Shown here: positions 28,601 to 37,221 of the stretch, in pieces
Layout of the letters: each line of letters starts with the position of its first letter
Numbering within the stretch: position 1 is the stretch's first letter
Assembly: GCA_017999915.1 (NCBI GenBank)
Contig: JAGNKX010000006.1
Span: forward strand, 64,077 to 128,076
Direction of reading: 5' to 3'
Origin: Spirochaetota bacterium
GTDB taxonomy: Bacteria > Spirochaetota > UBA4802 > UBA5550
Length of the DNA: 64,000 nt
Notes under the pieces: generated by a model
Databases searched by the model: none
The model's input: the letters and a program-made list of their open reading frames with translations, nothing else
What the model was told of the DNA's origin: nothing
Position numbers and translations under genes: made by a program

Positions 28601-29236
28601 GTGAGACCAATGGGATCACAGGAACGCAGGGAACGGGAAAAGGAAGAGAGAAAGAACCACATCCTCAAGGCGGCGCGGACGCTTCTCCTGAAAAAAGGGC
28701 TCCACGCCACCACGGTCAACCAGATCGCCAAGCTCTCCGAGCTGAGCGTGGGCACCATATACCTCTATTACCACAACAAGGAAGATATTTTCGCGGCGCT
28801 CCAGGAGGAGGGGCTGGCAATGCTGAACGACCAGATAGGGAAGGCCGTGGCGGCGGCGTCCTCCCCGAAGGAGAAGATCAAGGCGGTCGCCCTGGGGTAT
28901 CTCGAGTTCAGCGAAAAGCAGAAGAACTACTACGACATCATCACCTATTTTCTATCGACGCCGGAGCAGCTTTTTCCGCCGCGCCTGAAGAACAGGGTCG
29001 ACAAGACCGGCGGCAGGATCCTCGGCTTCTGCACCGAGGCGATCGAGGCGGGAATGAAGTCAGGCGAATTCAGGAAGGTCAACGCGCGGCGCCACACCAT
29101 CTGGCTCTGGGGCATGCTCCACGGCCTGATCCAGTTCAGGAAGATGGAGAAGACCATCCTCCAGAAAGAGAGCTACACCTCCCTGGTGCAGTACGCCCTC
29201 GAGAATTACCTGAAGACCCTGGCCCCGGAAAAGTAA
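28601..29236 (+). CDS. TetR-family transcriptional regulator.
   Basis: 211 aa. It has an HTH (ATTVNQIAKLSELSVGTIYLYYHNKEDIF). It is 9 bp after the SDR. Confidence 0.8.
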   Translation: MRPMGSQERREREKEERKNHILKAARTLLLKKGLHATTVNQIAKLSELSVGTIYLYYHNKEDIFAALQEEGLAMLNDQIGKAVAAASSPKEKIKAVALGYLEFSEKQKNYYDIITYFLSTPEQLFPPRLKNRVDKTGGRILGFCTEAIEAGMKSGEFRKVNARRHTIWLWGMLHGLIQFRKMEKTILQKESYTSLVQYALENYLKTLAPEK

Positions 29237-29263
29237 ACCCTCCGGCCGTTATCATATTCTCCT

Positions 29264-30865
29264 TTAAAGGTCCCACTTGATGATAGGGGCCTTGACGTCC
29301 ACCATGGCGTTGACGATGAGCTCGACGAGCCCGCCGTAGGCCATCCCCGATTTTTCCCGTACCCCGTAATAATCGAAGAGGTCCCTGATCTGTCCCTTGC
29401 AGTTGGAGCAGGGAGCGCACAGGTATTTTTTTGTATCCGGACCGGGGCAGTCGGCAAAGGCCTCCAGTATCTGCCGGAGCTTCATCCTCCCCGCCACGCT
29501 CACACGCCAGTCCCGGAAGTTGTTCTGGCCCATAATGGCGAAGCCGCTCCCGCCGCCGCAGCAGTAGTTATCCGCGCCGTGGGGCTCCATCTCGCGGAAC
29601 TGCGGGCAGAGCTTCCGGATGATGCGGCGCTGGGGCTCCACGATGCCCAGGTTCCGCACGATGTTGCACGGGTCGTGGAGGGTCACCGGGAAGTCGTTCT
29701 TCGACGGGTCGAAGGCGATCCGGCCGCCCATGACGATCTCCTCCAGGAAGGTGAGGGAGCTCTCCCGGGGGATGTTCAGGTCTCCGGTGAGGATGCGGTC
29801 CGCTATGGTTATCAGGGCCTTGTGGGCGTGGCCGCACTCGCCGAGAATCACTTTCTTGACCTTGAGCTTCTTCGCGGCCTCCATGTGCTTCATCACGATG
29901 CGGGAGAGCTGCACGTCGTCGTAGAAGAGGCCGTAGTTCACGCTGTCGTAGGCGGGTGCCTCGGACGACAGGGTCCAGCTCACGCCGGCCGCGTTCAGGA
30001 TGATGGCGAAGGCGGCAGGATTCTCAGGCCAGGCCAGGATCTCGCCAGCGTTGTGCATGAGGAGCACGTCGGCGCCCTCTTTGTCCCAGGGCGTTTCGAT
30101 GGTTATGCCCAGCTCCTCGGACAGGTCCTCGTCGAGGAAGTCGACGTTGTCTTTCACCACGTTCGGCTTCATGCCGGTGGATGATCCGACCGCGAGTTGG
30201 AGCACAGTTCCCTTCTCGTGGAGCTCCTTCGGCGCCCAGCCGAGCTCCTGGCTGAAGAGCTTGCGGAGCTCCCTGGTCACCAGGGCGTTGTCGAGGCCCA
30301 TGGGGCAGGCCTGGGCGCAGCGCCGGCAGAGGGTGCACCGGTATGAAAGCTCGTAAAGGCGGCTCACCGCGGTCCAGTTCAGGTCGATATCCTCGAGCCT
30401 GAGCTTCGCCATGATCCCGCCGCCGGGTCTCGCGTATTTTTTAACCAGCCGCCGGAACACCTCGGAGCGGTACGTGGGGCGGTAGATCTCGTTCCCGCCG
30501 CTTTCGCGGTAGATCGGGCAGGCCTGGGAGCAGGTCTGGCACCGGGCGCAGTAGTCTATCGTGAGGAGGAGCGGCTGGAGGAAGGTCCAGTTGTTCTCCC
30601 GCGATAGGAGCTTTTGGAGCCCGGCGATGAAAGCTTCGACGACGCGCCGCTCATCGGCCGCGTCCTTCGGCTTCGGAAGGGAGAGGGCCGCCACGCCGTC
30701 GAGGTCGCAGGCAATGGTGTTGCGCTGGTCGTCGCTGAGCTTTTTCCATCCGGGCTGGTCCTCGATCCGGTCATAGGGAGGCGGGAGGGGAAGGAGGTCG
30801 TTGACGTTTATCTCGGTGAGGGGCGCCTCGCCCCTGCTTATATCTTTGATCCCTGTTTTTTTCAT
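29264..30865 (-). CDS. DsrK/HdrD-like iron-sulfur protein (paralog). It has two ferredoxin CxxCxxCxxxCP motifs plus a C-terminal CCG domain.
   Basis: 533 aa. It has CARCQTCSQACP, CTLCRRCAQACP and ...YCCGGGSG. It is a paralog of the DsrK at 34085-35710. Confidence 0.7.
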   Translation of the reverse strand: MKKTGIKDISRGEAPLTEINVNDLLPLPPPYDRIEDQPGWKKLSDDQRNTIACDLDGVAALSLPKPKDAADERRVVEAFIAGLQKLLSRENNWTFLQPLLLTIDYCARCQTCSQACPIYRESGGNEIYRPTYRSEVFRRLVKKYARPGGGIMAKLRLEDIDLNWTAVSRLYELSYRCTLCRRCAQACPMGLDNALVTRELRKLFSQELGWAPKELHEKGTVLQLAVGSSTGMKPNVVKDNVDFLDEDLSEELGITIETPWDKEGADVLLMHNAGEILAWPENPAAFAIILNAAGVSWTLSSEAPAYDSVNYGLFYDDVQLSRIVMKHMEAAKKLKVKKVILGECGHAHKALITIADRILTGDLNIPRESSLTFLEEIVMGGRIAFDPSKNDFPVTLHDPCNIVRNLGIVEPQRRIIRKLCPQFREMEPHGADNYCCGGGSGFAIMGQNNFRDWRVSVAGRMKLRQILEAFADCPGPDTKKYLCAPCSNCKGQIRDLFDYYGVREKSGMAYGGLVELIVNAMVDVKAPIIKWDL

Positions 30866-30868
30866 TAT

Positions 30869-31765
30869 CTATTTCCCCTGAGCGATATCGATCCAATTTT
30901 TTGAGCCCTCCGATCCGACATGGGGAGCGGACCATCGGACCGGTTGGCCGAGCAGCTTTTTTATCTTCTCTTCAGCGGCCGCGTCCATGGGGCTATCGTC
31001 CCAGAGGACGCTGTGAAAGGTGAAGAATTTCGCGGCAAAGTGCCTCATGGAGGTGAAGGGAAGCACGGCCAGGAAGAAGAGGACCGCGCCGATGTGCGCC
31101 GCCCCTGCCCGTGACAGTGAAATATGCGAATCGGCCCTGAATACCGCTTCGATGAAGTCCCTGATCTGGGAGGCCAGGTCGCCGTCCGCGACCAGGGAGG
31201 ACACGCCCGTGGCGAAAAGGGCCAGCAGGATGATCAGGTTCAGGTAGGCCGAGATCCCGGAGTAGGAGCGGAGGTCCCGGCGCACCGCCCGCAGCACCAG
31301 CAGCGACAGTGACCCGGCGAGGCCGAAGAGGTAGCCAATGGTGCCGAGGAAAACGGCTATTCCTTCGAGGAAAGCCGCGGCGGAAGAGAACCCGGCCGCG
31401 TCGACAGCGGCGGCGGCCGCCAGGCACAGCGCCATGAAGAAGATGAAGTAGATGCCGCCATGGAGGGCCATCGAAAAGGGCCAGAGCCGCCTGTGTCCCT
31501 TCCATACGGTGTGGAGAAGGAAAATTTCCTTCATCATATAAATGATTTCATGAATTATGGAGCGCTCCCGGGGCTTCATCCACCAGTCCTGCACCTCGAA
31601 ATAAGAGCCTCCGTAGGATGAGCCGGCCCTGTCATGGGGCACCGGCGCGAGCTCCCACCGGAGATGGGCCGGTAGGCGGGCGATGCGGACAATGCACGCC
31701 GCGATGCCTGCGATGAAGATTGCGATAGATGAGTAAGCGGCAATGAGCCAGATTGTTCCGTTCAT
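30869..31765 (-). CDS. DsrM/NarI-like membrane cytochrome b (paralog); the likely partner of the preceding DsrK-like gene.
   Basis: About 299 aa from the internal MNGTIWL start, which has an RBS. It is a polytopic membrane protein. Confidence 0.6.
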   Translation of the reverse strand: MNGTIWLIAAYSSIAIFIAGIAACIVRIARLPAHLRWELAPVPHDRAGSSYGGSYFEVQDWWMKPRERSIIHEIIYMMKEIFLLHTVWKGHRRLWPFSMALHGGIYFIFFMALCLAAAAAVDAAGFSSAAAFLEGIAVFLGTIGYLFGLAGSLSLLVLRAVRRDLRSYSGISAYLNLIILLALFATGVSSLVADGDLASQIRDFIEAVFRADSHISLSRAGAAHIGAVLFFLAVLPFTSMRHFAAKFFTFHSVLWDDSPMDAAAEEKIKKLLGQPVRWSAPHVGSEGSKNWIDIAQGK

Positions 31766-31782
31766 GGGTCCTCCAGGGTGCG

Positions 31783-32931
31783 TCAATCTCTCCGCCGCAC
31801 CGCGGCTGTTATCTTGAAGAGCAGGGTAAGGATGAAAAGCCCCGTTGCCCACACGCCGAGGGTGATGAATACTTCGGCCAGGGTGGGCCGGTACGACGGT
31901 ATCTTCTCGAGGGGATCGGGGATGAATCCTCCCACCACGAAGCCGAGGCCCTTCTCGATCCACACGGAGGCGAACACGGCGATGGCCGCGATAAGAAGGC
32001 CCGCGTCGCGCCGCCGCGCCGGCGTGTAGAGAATCGCCAAGGCGGCGACTGCCAGGGCTATGGAAATCCACATATAGGGCGTGAGCGACGAGGGATCACC
32101 CCAGCCCCAGAAGAGCCGCTCCAGCGGCGCCCGGTGCGTGGGGATGCCGCTGTAGAGGGCGGTGAATATTTCGAGAATAATGAAAAAGACATGGGCGCTG
32201 AAGGCGTAGGTGATGATGGTCCCCAGGGAGCGCTCGGGCCGGTCGCCCGGGTCGAAATCCGTATAGCGCCGCGCCACGCGGCAGAGCACGATGAGGAGGG
32301 CCGGGCCGGAGGAAAAGGCCGACGCCAGGAAGCGCGCCGCCGTGATGGCCGTGAGCCAGAGGTGCCGCCCCGGGAGCCCCGCGTACAGGAAGGCGGTCAC
32401 GGTGTGGATGCTGATCGCCCAGGGGATCGACAGGTAGATGACCGGCTTCACCCAGGCGGGCGGCGGCGTTCCCCGGTGCTCGGCCGTGAGGACCGTCCAC
32501 CCGATCAGGATGTTGATTACCAGGTATAGGGAAAGGACCACCGTGTCCCAGAACATGGGGGACGTCGGCGACGGATAGAGTATGACGTGGAGTATCCGGA
32601 AGGGCTGTCCCAGGTCGACGAAGATAAAGAGAAGGCACATGACGACCGCGGACACCGCCAGGAATTCCCCCAGGATCGTGATCCTGCCGAAGGCCCGGTG
32701 GTCGTGGAGGTAGTAGGGGAGCACCACCGTCACGGCCGAGGCGGCCACGCCCACCAGGAAGGTGAACTGGGCGATGTAGAGGCCCCAGGACACGCTCCGG
32801 GACATGCCGGTAACGGAAAGACCCTCTGTTGTCTGTTTAAAGTAAAAGAATATCCCCGCTGCGATGAAGAGGCCCAGTGCCAGGAGAAGGAGCCAGTAGC
32901 GCCGCGGGCCATGGAACACTTTTTCTATCAT
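31783..32931 (-). CDS. dsrP: DsrP (NrfD/PsrC-family integral membrane subunit).
   Basis: About 382 aa from MIEKVFHGP (GAGG RBS upstream). It has 10 predicted TM helices and the NrfD family pattern. It is the last gene of dsrMKJOP. Confidence 0.75.
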   Translation of the reverse strand: MIEKVFHGPRRYWLLLLALGLFIAAGIFFYFKQTTEGLSVTGMSRSVSWGLYIAQFTFLVGVAASAVTVVLPYYLHDHRAFGRITILGEFLAVSAVVMCLLFIFVDLGQPFRILHVILYPSPTSPMFWDTVVLSLYLVINILIGWTVLTAEHRGTPPPAWVKPVIYLSIPWAISIHTVTAFLYAGLPGRHLWLTAITAARFLASAFSSGPALLIVLCRVARRYTDFDPGDRPERSLGTIITYAFSAHVFFIILEIFTALYSGIPTHRAPLERLFWGWGDPSSLTPYMWISIALAVAALAILYTPARRRDAGLLIAAIAVFASVWIEKGLGFVVGGFIPDPLEKIPSYRPTLAEVFITLGVWATGLFILTLLFKITAAVRRRD

Positions 32932-32938
32932 GGAATCC

Positions 32939-33709
32939 TCACAGGAGATAGTATACGGCCGGGTCGGTCCCGAGCTCCGGTTTTCGCCGGAGGGCGATCC
33001 TTCCGGCCAGTGCCTTCCGCACCGCCGAGGCGCCATCGCGGAGGTCGCCGAAGGCAATGGCCTTTTCACCGCAGGCGGACGCGCACAGGGGCTCCTGGCC
33101 GCGGTCGACCCGCTCCGCGCAGAACTCGCATTTTTCCACGGTCCCCTTGGTGCGGGTCGGGTAGTCTTTATTGATAGATTGCTTCGCCAGGTATTTTCGC
33201 GGGTCGCTCCAGTTGAAGCTCCGGGAGCCGTAGGGGCAGGCAGCCATGCAGTAGTGGCAGCCGATGCAGCGGTGCTGGTCCATCATGACGATGCCGTCGC
33301 CGCGCTTCCAGGTCGCGCCGGTGGGGCACACCCGCACGCAGGGCGGGTTCCCGCACTGGTTGCAGAGAAGCACCGGTTTCGCGCCGCGCAGTTCCCCGCC
33401 GGAAAAGTCGTCCAGGACGCCGGGCATGGCGCGCTCCAGGTCGTCCCGCCAGATCCAGGCGATGGCCCGCTTCACGTCCGGTATGGCCGGCACGTTGTGG
33501 CCCCGGTGGCAGGCGTCGACGCACTTCTCGCACTGCCCCGCCTTCAGGCAGGCCCGGAGGTCCACCGCCATGGCGAGGCGTTTTCCGGCCGGCGGCGCGG
33601 TTTCGGCGCCGAGGGCTTTGCCGGCCATGATCTCGAAGGAGGCGCCGCCGAATATGATGATGCCGGTGCGCCAGGCCTTTCTCAGGAATTCAAGCCGTGT
33701 CAGTTCCAT
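32939..33709 (-). CDS. dsrO: DsrO (periplasmic FeS ferredoxin-like subunit, PsrB/HmcB family).
   Basis: 256 aa. It has multiple 4Fe-4S motifs (CNQCGNPPCVRVCP, CIGCHYCMAACP, CEFCAERVDRG). It has an N-terminal Tat-like signal. Confidence 0.75.
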   Translation of the reverse strand: MELTRLEFLRKAWRTGIIIFGGASFEIMAGKALGAETAPPAGKRLAMAVDLRACLKAGQCEKCVDACHRGHNVPAIPDVKRAIAWIWRDDLERAMPGVLDDFSGGELRGAKPVLLCNQCGNPPCVRVCPTGATWKRGDGIVMMDQHRCIGCHYCMAACPYGSRSFNWSDPRKYLAKQSINKDYPTRTKGTVEKCEFCAERVDRGQEPLCASACGEKAIAFGDLRDGASAVRKALAGRIALRRKPELGTDPAVYYLL

Positions 33710-34092
33710 GGTCCCCGCTCCGATGTGTCGATATGGCAGTCAAAGCAGGCCGGTGCCGACCCCAGGGCGGTGTGGCAGCGGTCGCAGAAATTTTCTTTTT
33801 TAGCATGGCATTTGAGGCAGGAGCCGCTGAGGCTCTTCTCGTACTGTTTGCCGCCGATTGTCACGGCGCTGCGGACGCCCTTCCGCACGACATCGTCGCG
33901 CCATTGAAAGAGGAGGGTCATGTGGTTCGCCCTCATCTCCGACGCGGGGAGGACGCATTCTTTTTCAACGGCGGGCTTTTCCGGCGCCGGCGATTTTTTC
34001 TTCGCGCCGCGCAGGACGTTCCACCAGAAGGGCGCCCCCACCAGGGCGGCGACCAGGGTCAATGCGGCGGCCGTCTTTATTATCCTACTCAT
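33700..34092 (-). CDS. dsrJ: DsrJ (periplasmic triheme cytochrome c).
   Basis: 130 aa with a signal peptide. It has three CxxCH motifs (CLKCH, CDRCH, CFDCH). Confidence 0.8.
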   Translation of the reverse strand: MSRIIKTAAALTLVAALVGAPFWWNVLRGAKKKSPAPEKPAVEKECVLPASEMRANHMTLLFQWRDDVVRKGVRSAVTIGGKQYEKSLSGSCLKCHAKKENFCDRCHTALGSAPACFDCHIDTSERGPWN

Positions 34093-35710
34093 TTTTGCTG
34101 CCCTCCTCCCCGAGGGGCTCGCCCCTCAGGTTCGCGGTCCGGGGCGTCTCGCCCTTCATGACCAGGGCGTTGCCCAGGAGCTCGTGGACGCCGCACACGT
34201 CCACGCCGGGGACCCAGAACTGCATCAGGGTGGGGAGCGTGGCCTTGTCGATGGCGCAGATGCAGGAGAGCATGTTCACGCCGTGGCGCTCCCGCACGTG
34301 GCGCACCGCCTGGGCCCGGGGGAGGCCGCCGCGCAGGCGCATTTCCAGGTTCTCGTCCGTGCCGATGCCGGAGCCGCTGCCGCAGCAGAAGGTGTGCTCC
34401 CGGATGGTCTCCTCCGGCATTTCGTAGAAATGATCGCAGGAGGCCTCGATGACGGCCCGGGGCTCGTCGAAGAGGCCCATGGCCCGGGCCGGGTTGCACG
34501 AGTCGTGGTAGGTCACGCGGTAGGCCCTGTTACGGGAGGGGTCCAGGGCGAGCTTCTTATTGTGTATAAGGTCGGCGGTGAATTCGCAGATATGGACCAT
34601 CTTTGTCGAGCGGGCGTGGTCGAAGACCGTGCCGGTGACCGGCGACCGGGGCGTTTCCAGAAAATCGGCCGGCCCGTTCATGGTGTCCATGTACTGGTGG
34701 ATGACGCGCCACATGTGGCCGCACTCGCCCCCCAGGACCCACTTCACGCCCAGGCGCTTCGCCTCGGCGTAGATCTTGGCGTTGAGGCGCTTCATCAGCT
34801 CCGTCGAGTGGAAGAGGCCGAAGTTTCCTCCCTCCGACGCGAAGGCGCTGAAGGTATAATCGATCCCCATCTCGTGGAGCATCATCAGGTACCCGTAGAA
34901 GGTGAAGATGTGGGGATCGGCGAAGATGTCTGCCGACGGGATTATGAAGAGGATCTCGGCGCCCTTCCTGTTTATGGTGGGCTCCACCGTGATCCCCGTG
35001 AGCTCCCGGATCTCGTCCACGGCGAAATCGATGTTGTCGCGGAAGGTGTGGGGCTGGAGCCCCAGGTGGTTCCCGGTGCGGAAGCAGTTCGAGGCCGGCT
35101 CGATGATCCAGTTGATGTTCACGCCGATGAGGTTCAGGAGCTCCCGGCCCATCATGGTGATCTCGGCCGTATCGATGCCGTAGGGGCAGTAGACCGCGCA
35201 GCGGCGGCACTCGGTGCACTGGTAAAAATAATAAAACCACTCTTTTATAACCTGCTCCGTGAGGCGGCGGGCGCCGATGAGCCTGCCGAAGATCCTTCCC
35301 GGAAGGGTGAGCTCGCCGCGGTAGACCGACCGGAGGAGCTCGGCGCGGAGCACCGGCATATTTTTCGGGTCGCCGGTGCCGAGGAAGAAGTGGCACTTGT
35401 CGGCGCAGGCGCCGCAGCGCGCGCAGGTCTCCATGAAGAGTCGGAACGACCGGTTCCGGCCCAGGCGCTCCCGCATACCATCAAGGACGATCTTTTTCCA
35501 GTCCGGCGGGAGCTTCCAGTCCCCGTCATGGGGCTGCCACTCCCGCGGGTTCGGCAGGCCCAGGTACTGGACGTGCTTCGCCACGCCGGCGTGGCTGTAG
35601 GTGCCCTTGCGCATCGGCGCCGGCATATCCTTCCAGTCTTCGGCGGGCATAGGGGCCGCCATGGCCAGGTCGTGGGGTCGGTATTTCTCAGCCATTGCCG
35701 CCTCCCTCAA
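34085..35710 (-). CDS. dsrK: DsrK (HdrD-like catalytic FeS subunit with a CCG domain).
   Basis: 541 aa. It has CARCGACADKCHFF, CTECRRCAVYCP and CCG-domain cysteines (...FCCGSGSG). Confidence 0.85.
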   Translation of the reverse strand: MREAAMAEKYRPHDLAMAAPMPAEDWKDMPAPMRKGTYSHAGVAKHVQYLGLPNPREWQPHDGDWKLPPDWKKIVLDGMRERLGRNRSFRLFMETCARCGACADKCHFFLGTGDPKNMPVLRAELLRSVYRGELTLPGRIFGRLIGARRLTEQVIKEWFYYFYQCTECRRCAVYCPYGIDTAEITMMGRELLNLIGVNINWIIEPASNCFRTGNHLGLQPHTFRDNIDFAVDEIRELTGITVEPTINRKGAEILFIIPSADIFADPHIFTFYGYLMMLHEMGIDYTFSAFASEGGNFGLFHSTELMKRLNAKIYAEAKRLGVKWVLGGECGHMWRVIHQYMDTMNGPADFLETPRSPVTGTVFDHARSTKMVHICEFTADLIHNKKLALDPSRNRAYRVTYHDSCNPARAMGLFDEPRAVIEASCDHFYEMPEETIREHTFCCGSGSGIGTDENLEMRLRGGLPRAQAVRHVRERHGVNMLSCICAIDKATLPTLMQFWVPGVDVCGVHELLGNALVMKGETPRTANLRGEPLGEEGSKNE

Positions 35711-36683
35711 GGTCGTAGCCTGATTTCGCCAGGCGGTCGCGGAACTCCTCCTCCCACTCGCCGTAGCTGTGGACCGGCACCTCGGGGTTCCACGGGTTCA
35801 CCCGGCGCCGCCTGCGGCTGTCCGCGGCGGCATTCCGTGTCGGCGAGAAGAATACGCCGGCCATGTGCGATATCTTGCCGGCCGGTATCGCGGCGGCCAG
35901 GATCGAGACCAGGGCGATGTGCACGTAGAACGAGGGCGGCGCCTTTTCCGGAAGGACCGGGCTGAAGGAGAGGAGCCCCAGTGCGTACTGCTTCACCGCC
36001 AGGAGGTCGACGCGGCCGAAATAGCGCAGCCAGATGCCGGAGAGGGCCACGGCCCCGATCAGGGCCAGGAGAAAATAATCCTGGAACAGCGAGACATAGG
36101 CCACACGCCGGTCCGCGATGCGCCTCATGAAAAGGAAAAGGAGCGCGGCGATTATGATAATGTCGGTGATAAGCAGAGGCGGAGTGCCGATATGGAAGAC
36201 GCCGTCAATGCTCTGCAGCAGCCCGGTCCATGCCGGCACCGGCTCGACGGCGAGGCGCAGGTGCCTGAGAACGATGACGAGCATGGACCAGTGAAAGGCC
36301 ATGGAGCCCAGCCAGAGCCACGTGGCCGGTCCGTACACGATGGCCGTGCCGTACCGGCCGGCTTTAGAATTCCTGAAAAGGGAGCGGAAAAGGGCCGTTT
36401 CCAGGACCATGCGGAGCGCCGCAGCCCAGGGGCGCTGGGGATTGTCCAGGGGCTCCGCCTTCACCCAGAGAAGGGACTTCTGCTGGCCGCAGGTGACAGC
36501 TATATTGAAGGGAACCGGGGTCAGGGCCCAGCGGCCCACGCGCCAGAGCATCCCCGCGGCCAGGACCAGGCAGCCGGCGTAGGGCAGGGCGATGCCGATG
36601 AGGCCCCTCAGGCCCAGGACCGCGCAGGCCCAGGCGGCTAAGGCGATACAGGCGGCTGCCGCTATGGCGATGGCGCTTTTCAT
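35688..36683 (-). CDS. dsrM: DsrM (NarI-like dihaem membrane cytochrome b).
   Basis: 331 aa with 5-6 TM segments. It has the NarI-family pattern. The 3' end overlaps the dsrK start. Confidence 0.8.
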   Translation of the reverse strand: MKSAIAIAAAACIALAAWACAVLGLRGLIGIALPYAGCLVLAAGMLWRVGRWALTPVPFNIAVTCGQQKSLLWVKAEPLDNPQRPWAAALRMVLETALFRSLFRNSKAGRYGTAIVYGPATWLWLGSMAFHWSMLVIVLRHLRLAVEPVPAWTGLLQSIDGVFHIGTPPLLITDIIIIAALLFLFMRRIADRRVAYVSLFQDYFLLALIGAVALSGIWLRYFGRVDLLAVKQYALGLLSFSPVLPEKAPPSFYVHIALVSILAAAIPAGKISHMAGVFFSPTRNAAADSRRRRRVNPWNPEVPVHSYGEWEEEFRDRLAKSGYDLEGGGNG

Positions 36684-37192
36684 TGGCCGGCCTCCACGCT
36701 TTTATTCTCGTTTAATACCCGTATTTCCGTACGCCGCCGTTCCCTCGATTTCAGCCGGGGGATGAGGGCGCGGTATTCATGGTAGAGTTCTTTCGCGACC
36801 GATATCCATTCGTCAAGGGCGGCGTCAATGACACGTACCGCCTCTTTCCCGGCGCCGTCACGGCCGGCGGCGTGTTCCTCGACAAGGGTTTTCAGCATCA
36901 GGAGAAAATCGACGGCGTCTTCGGGCCCGGTCGCTTCCAGGGACTGCAGCTTCATGAAGGTGTCCAGGGACCCGATCATGAAATCCCGCCCGCACTCACC
37001 GGCGATCCCGGCGAGGATCTTGTGAATGGTGTCATGGAGTATGAAGCCCCGTATGTTCCTGAAGCGGTCCGCCTCTCCCCGCGCCGGGGAGCATCCGGCC
37101 GCGTTATGGATACGCTCGCTCCAGGGGACCGCTACGGCTTCGCAGATCTCCGCCACCAGGGCGGCAGTGTCGTTGTTGCTCCTTTCGATCAT
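36680..37192 (-). CDS. Hypothetical protein upstream of dsrM and translationally coupled to it. The start may be leaderless.
   Basis: The ORF stop overlaps the dsrM ATG (ATGA). Only the MIERSNND start is compatible with the promoter palindrome. There is no RBS, and a -10-like CACAAT lies 6 nt before the ATG. Confidence 0.35.
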   Translation of the reverse strand: MIERSNNDTAALVAEICEAVAVPWSERIHNAAGCSPARGEADRFRNIRGFILHDTIHKILAGIAGECGRDFMIGSLDTFMKLQSLEATGPEDAVDFLLMLKTLVEEHAAGRDGAGKEAVRVIDAALDEWISVAKELYHEYRALIPRLKSRERRRTEIRVLNENKSVEAGQ

Positions 37193-37221
37193 GGTGTGAT
37201 TGTGCGGCCGGAGGCGTCCCG

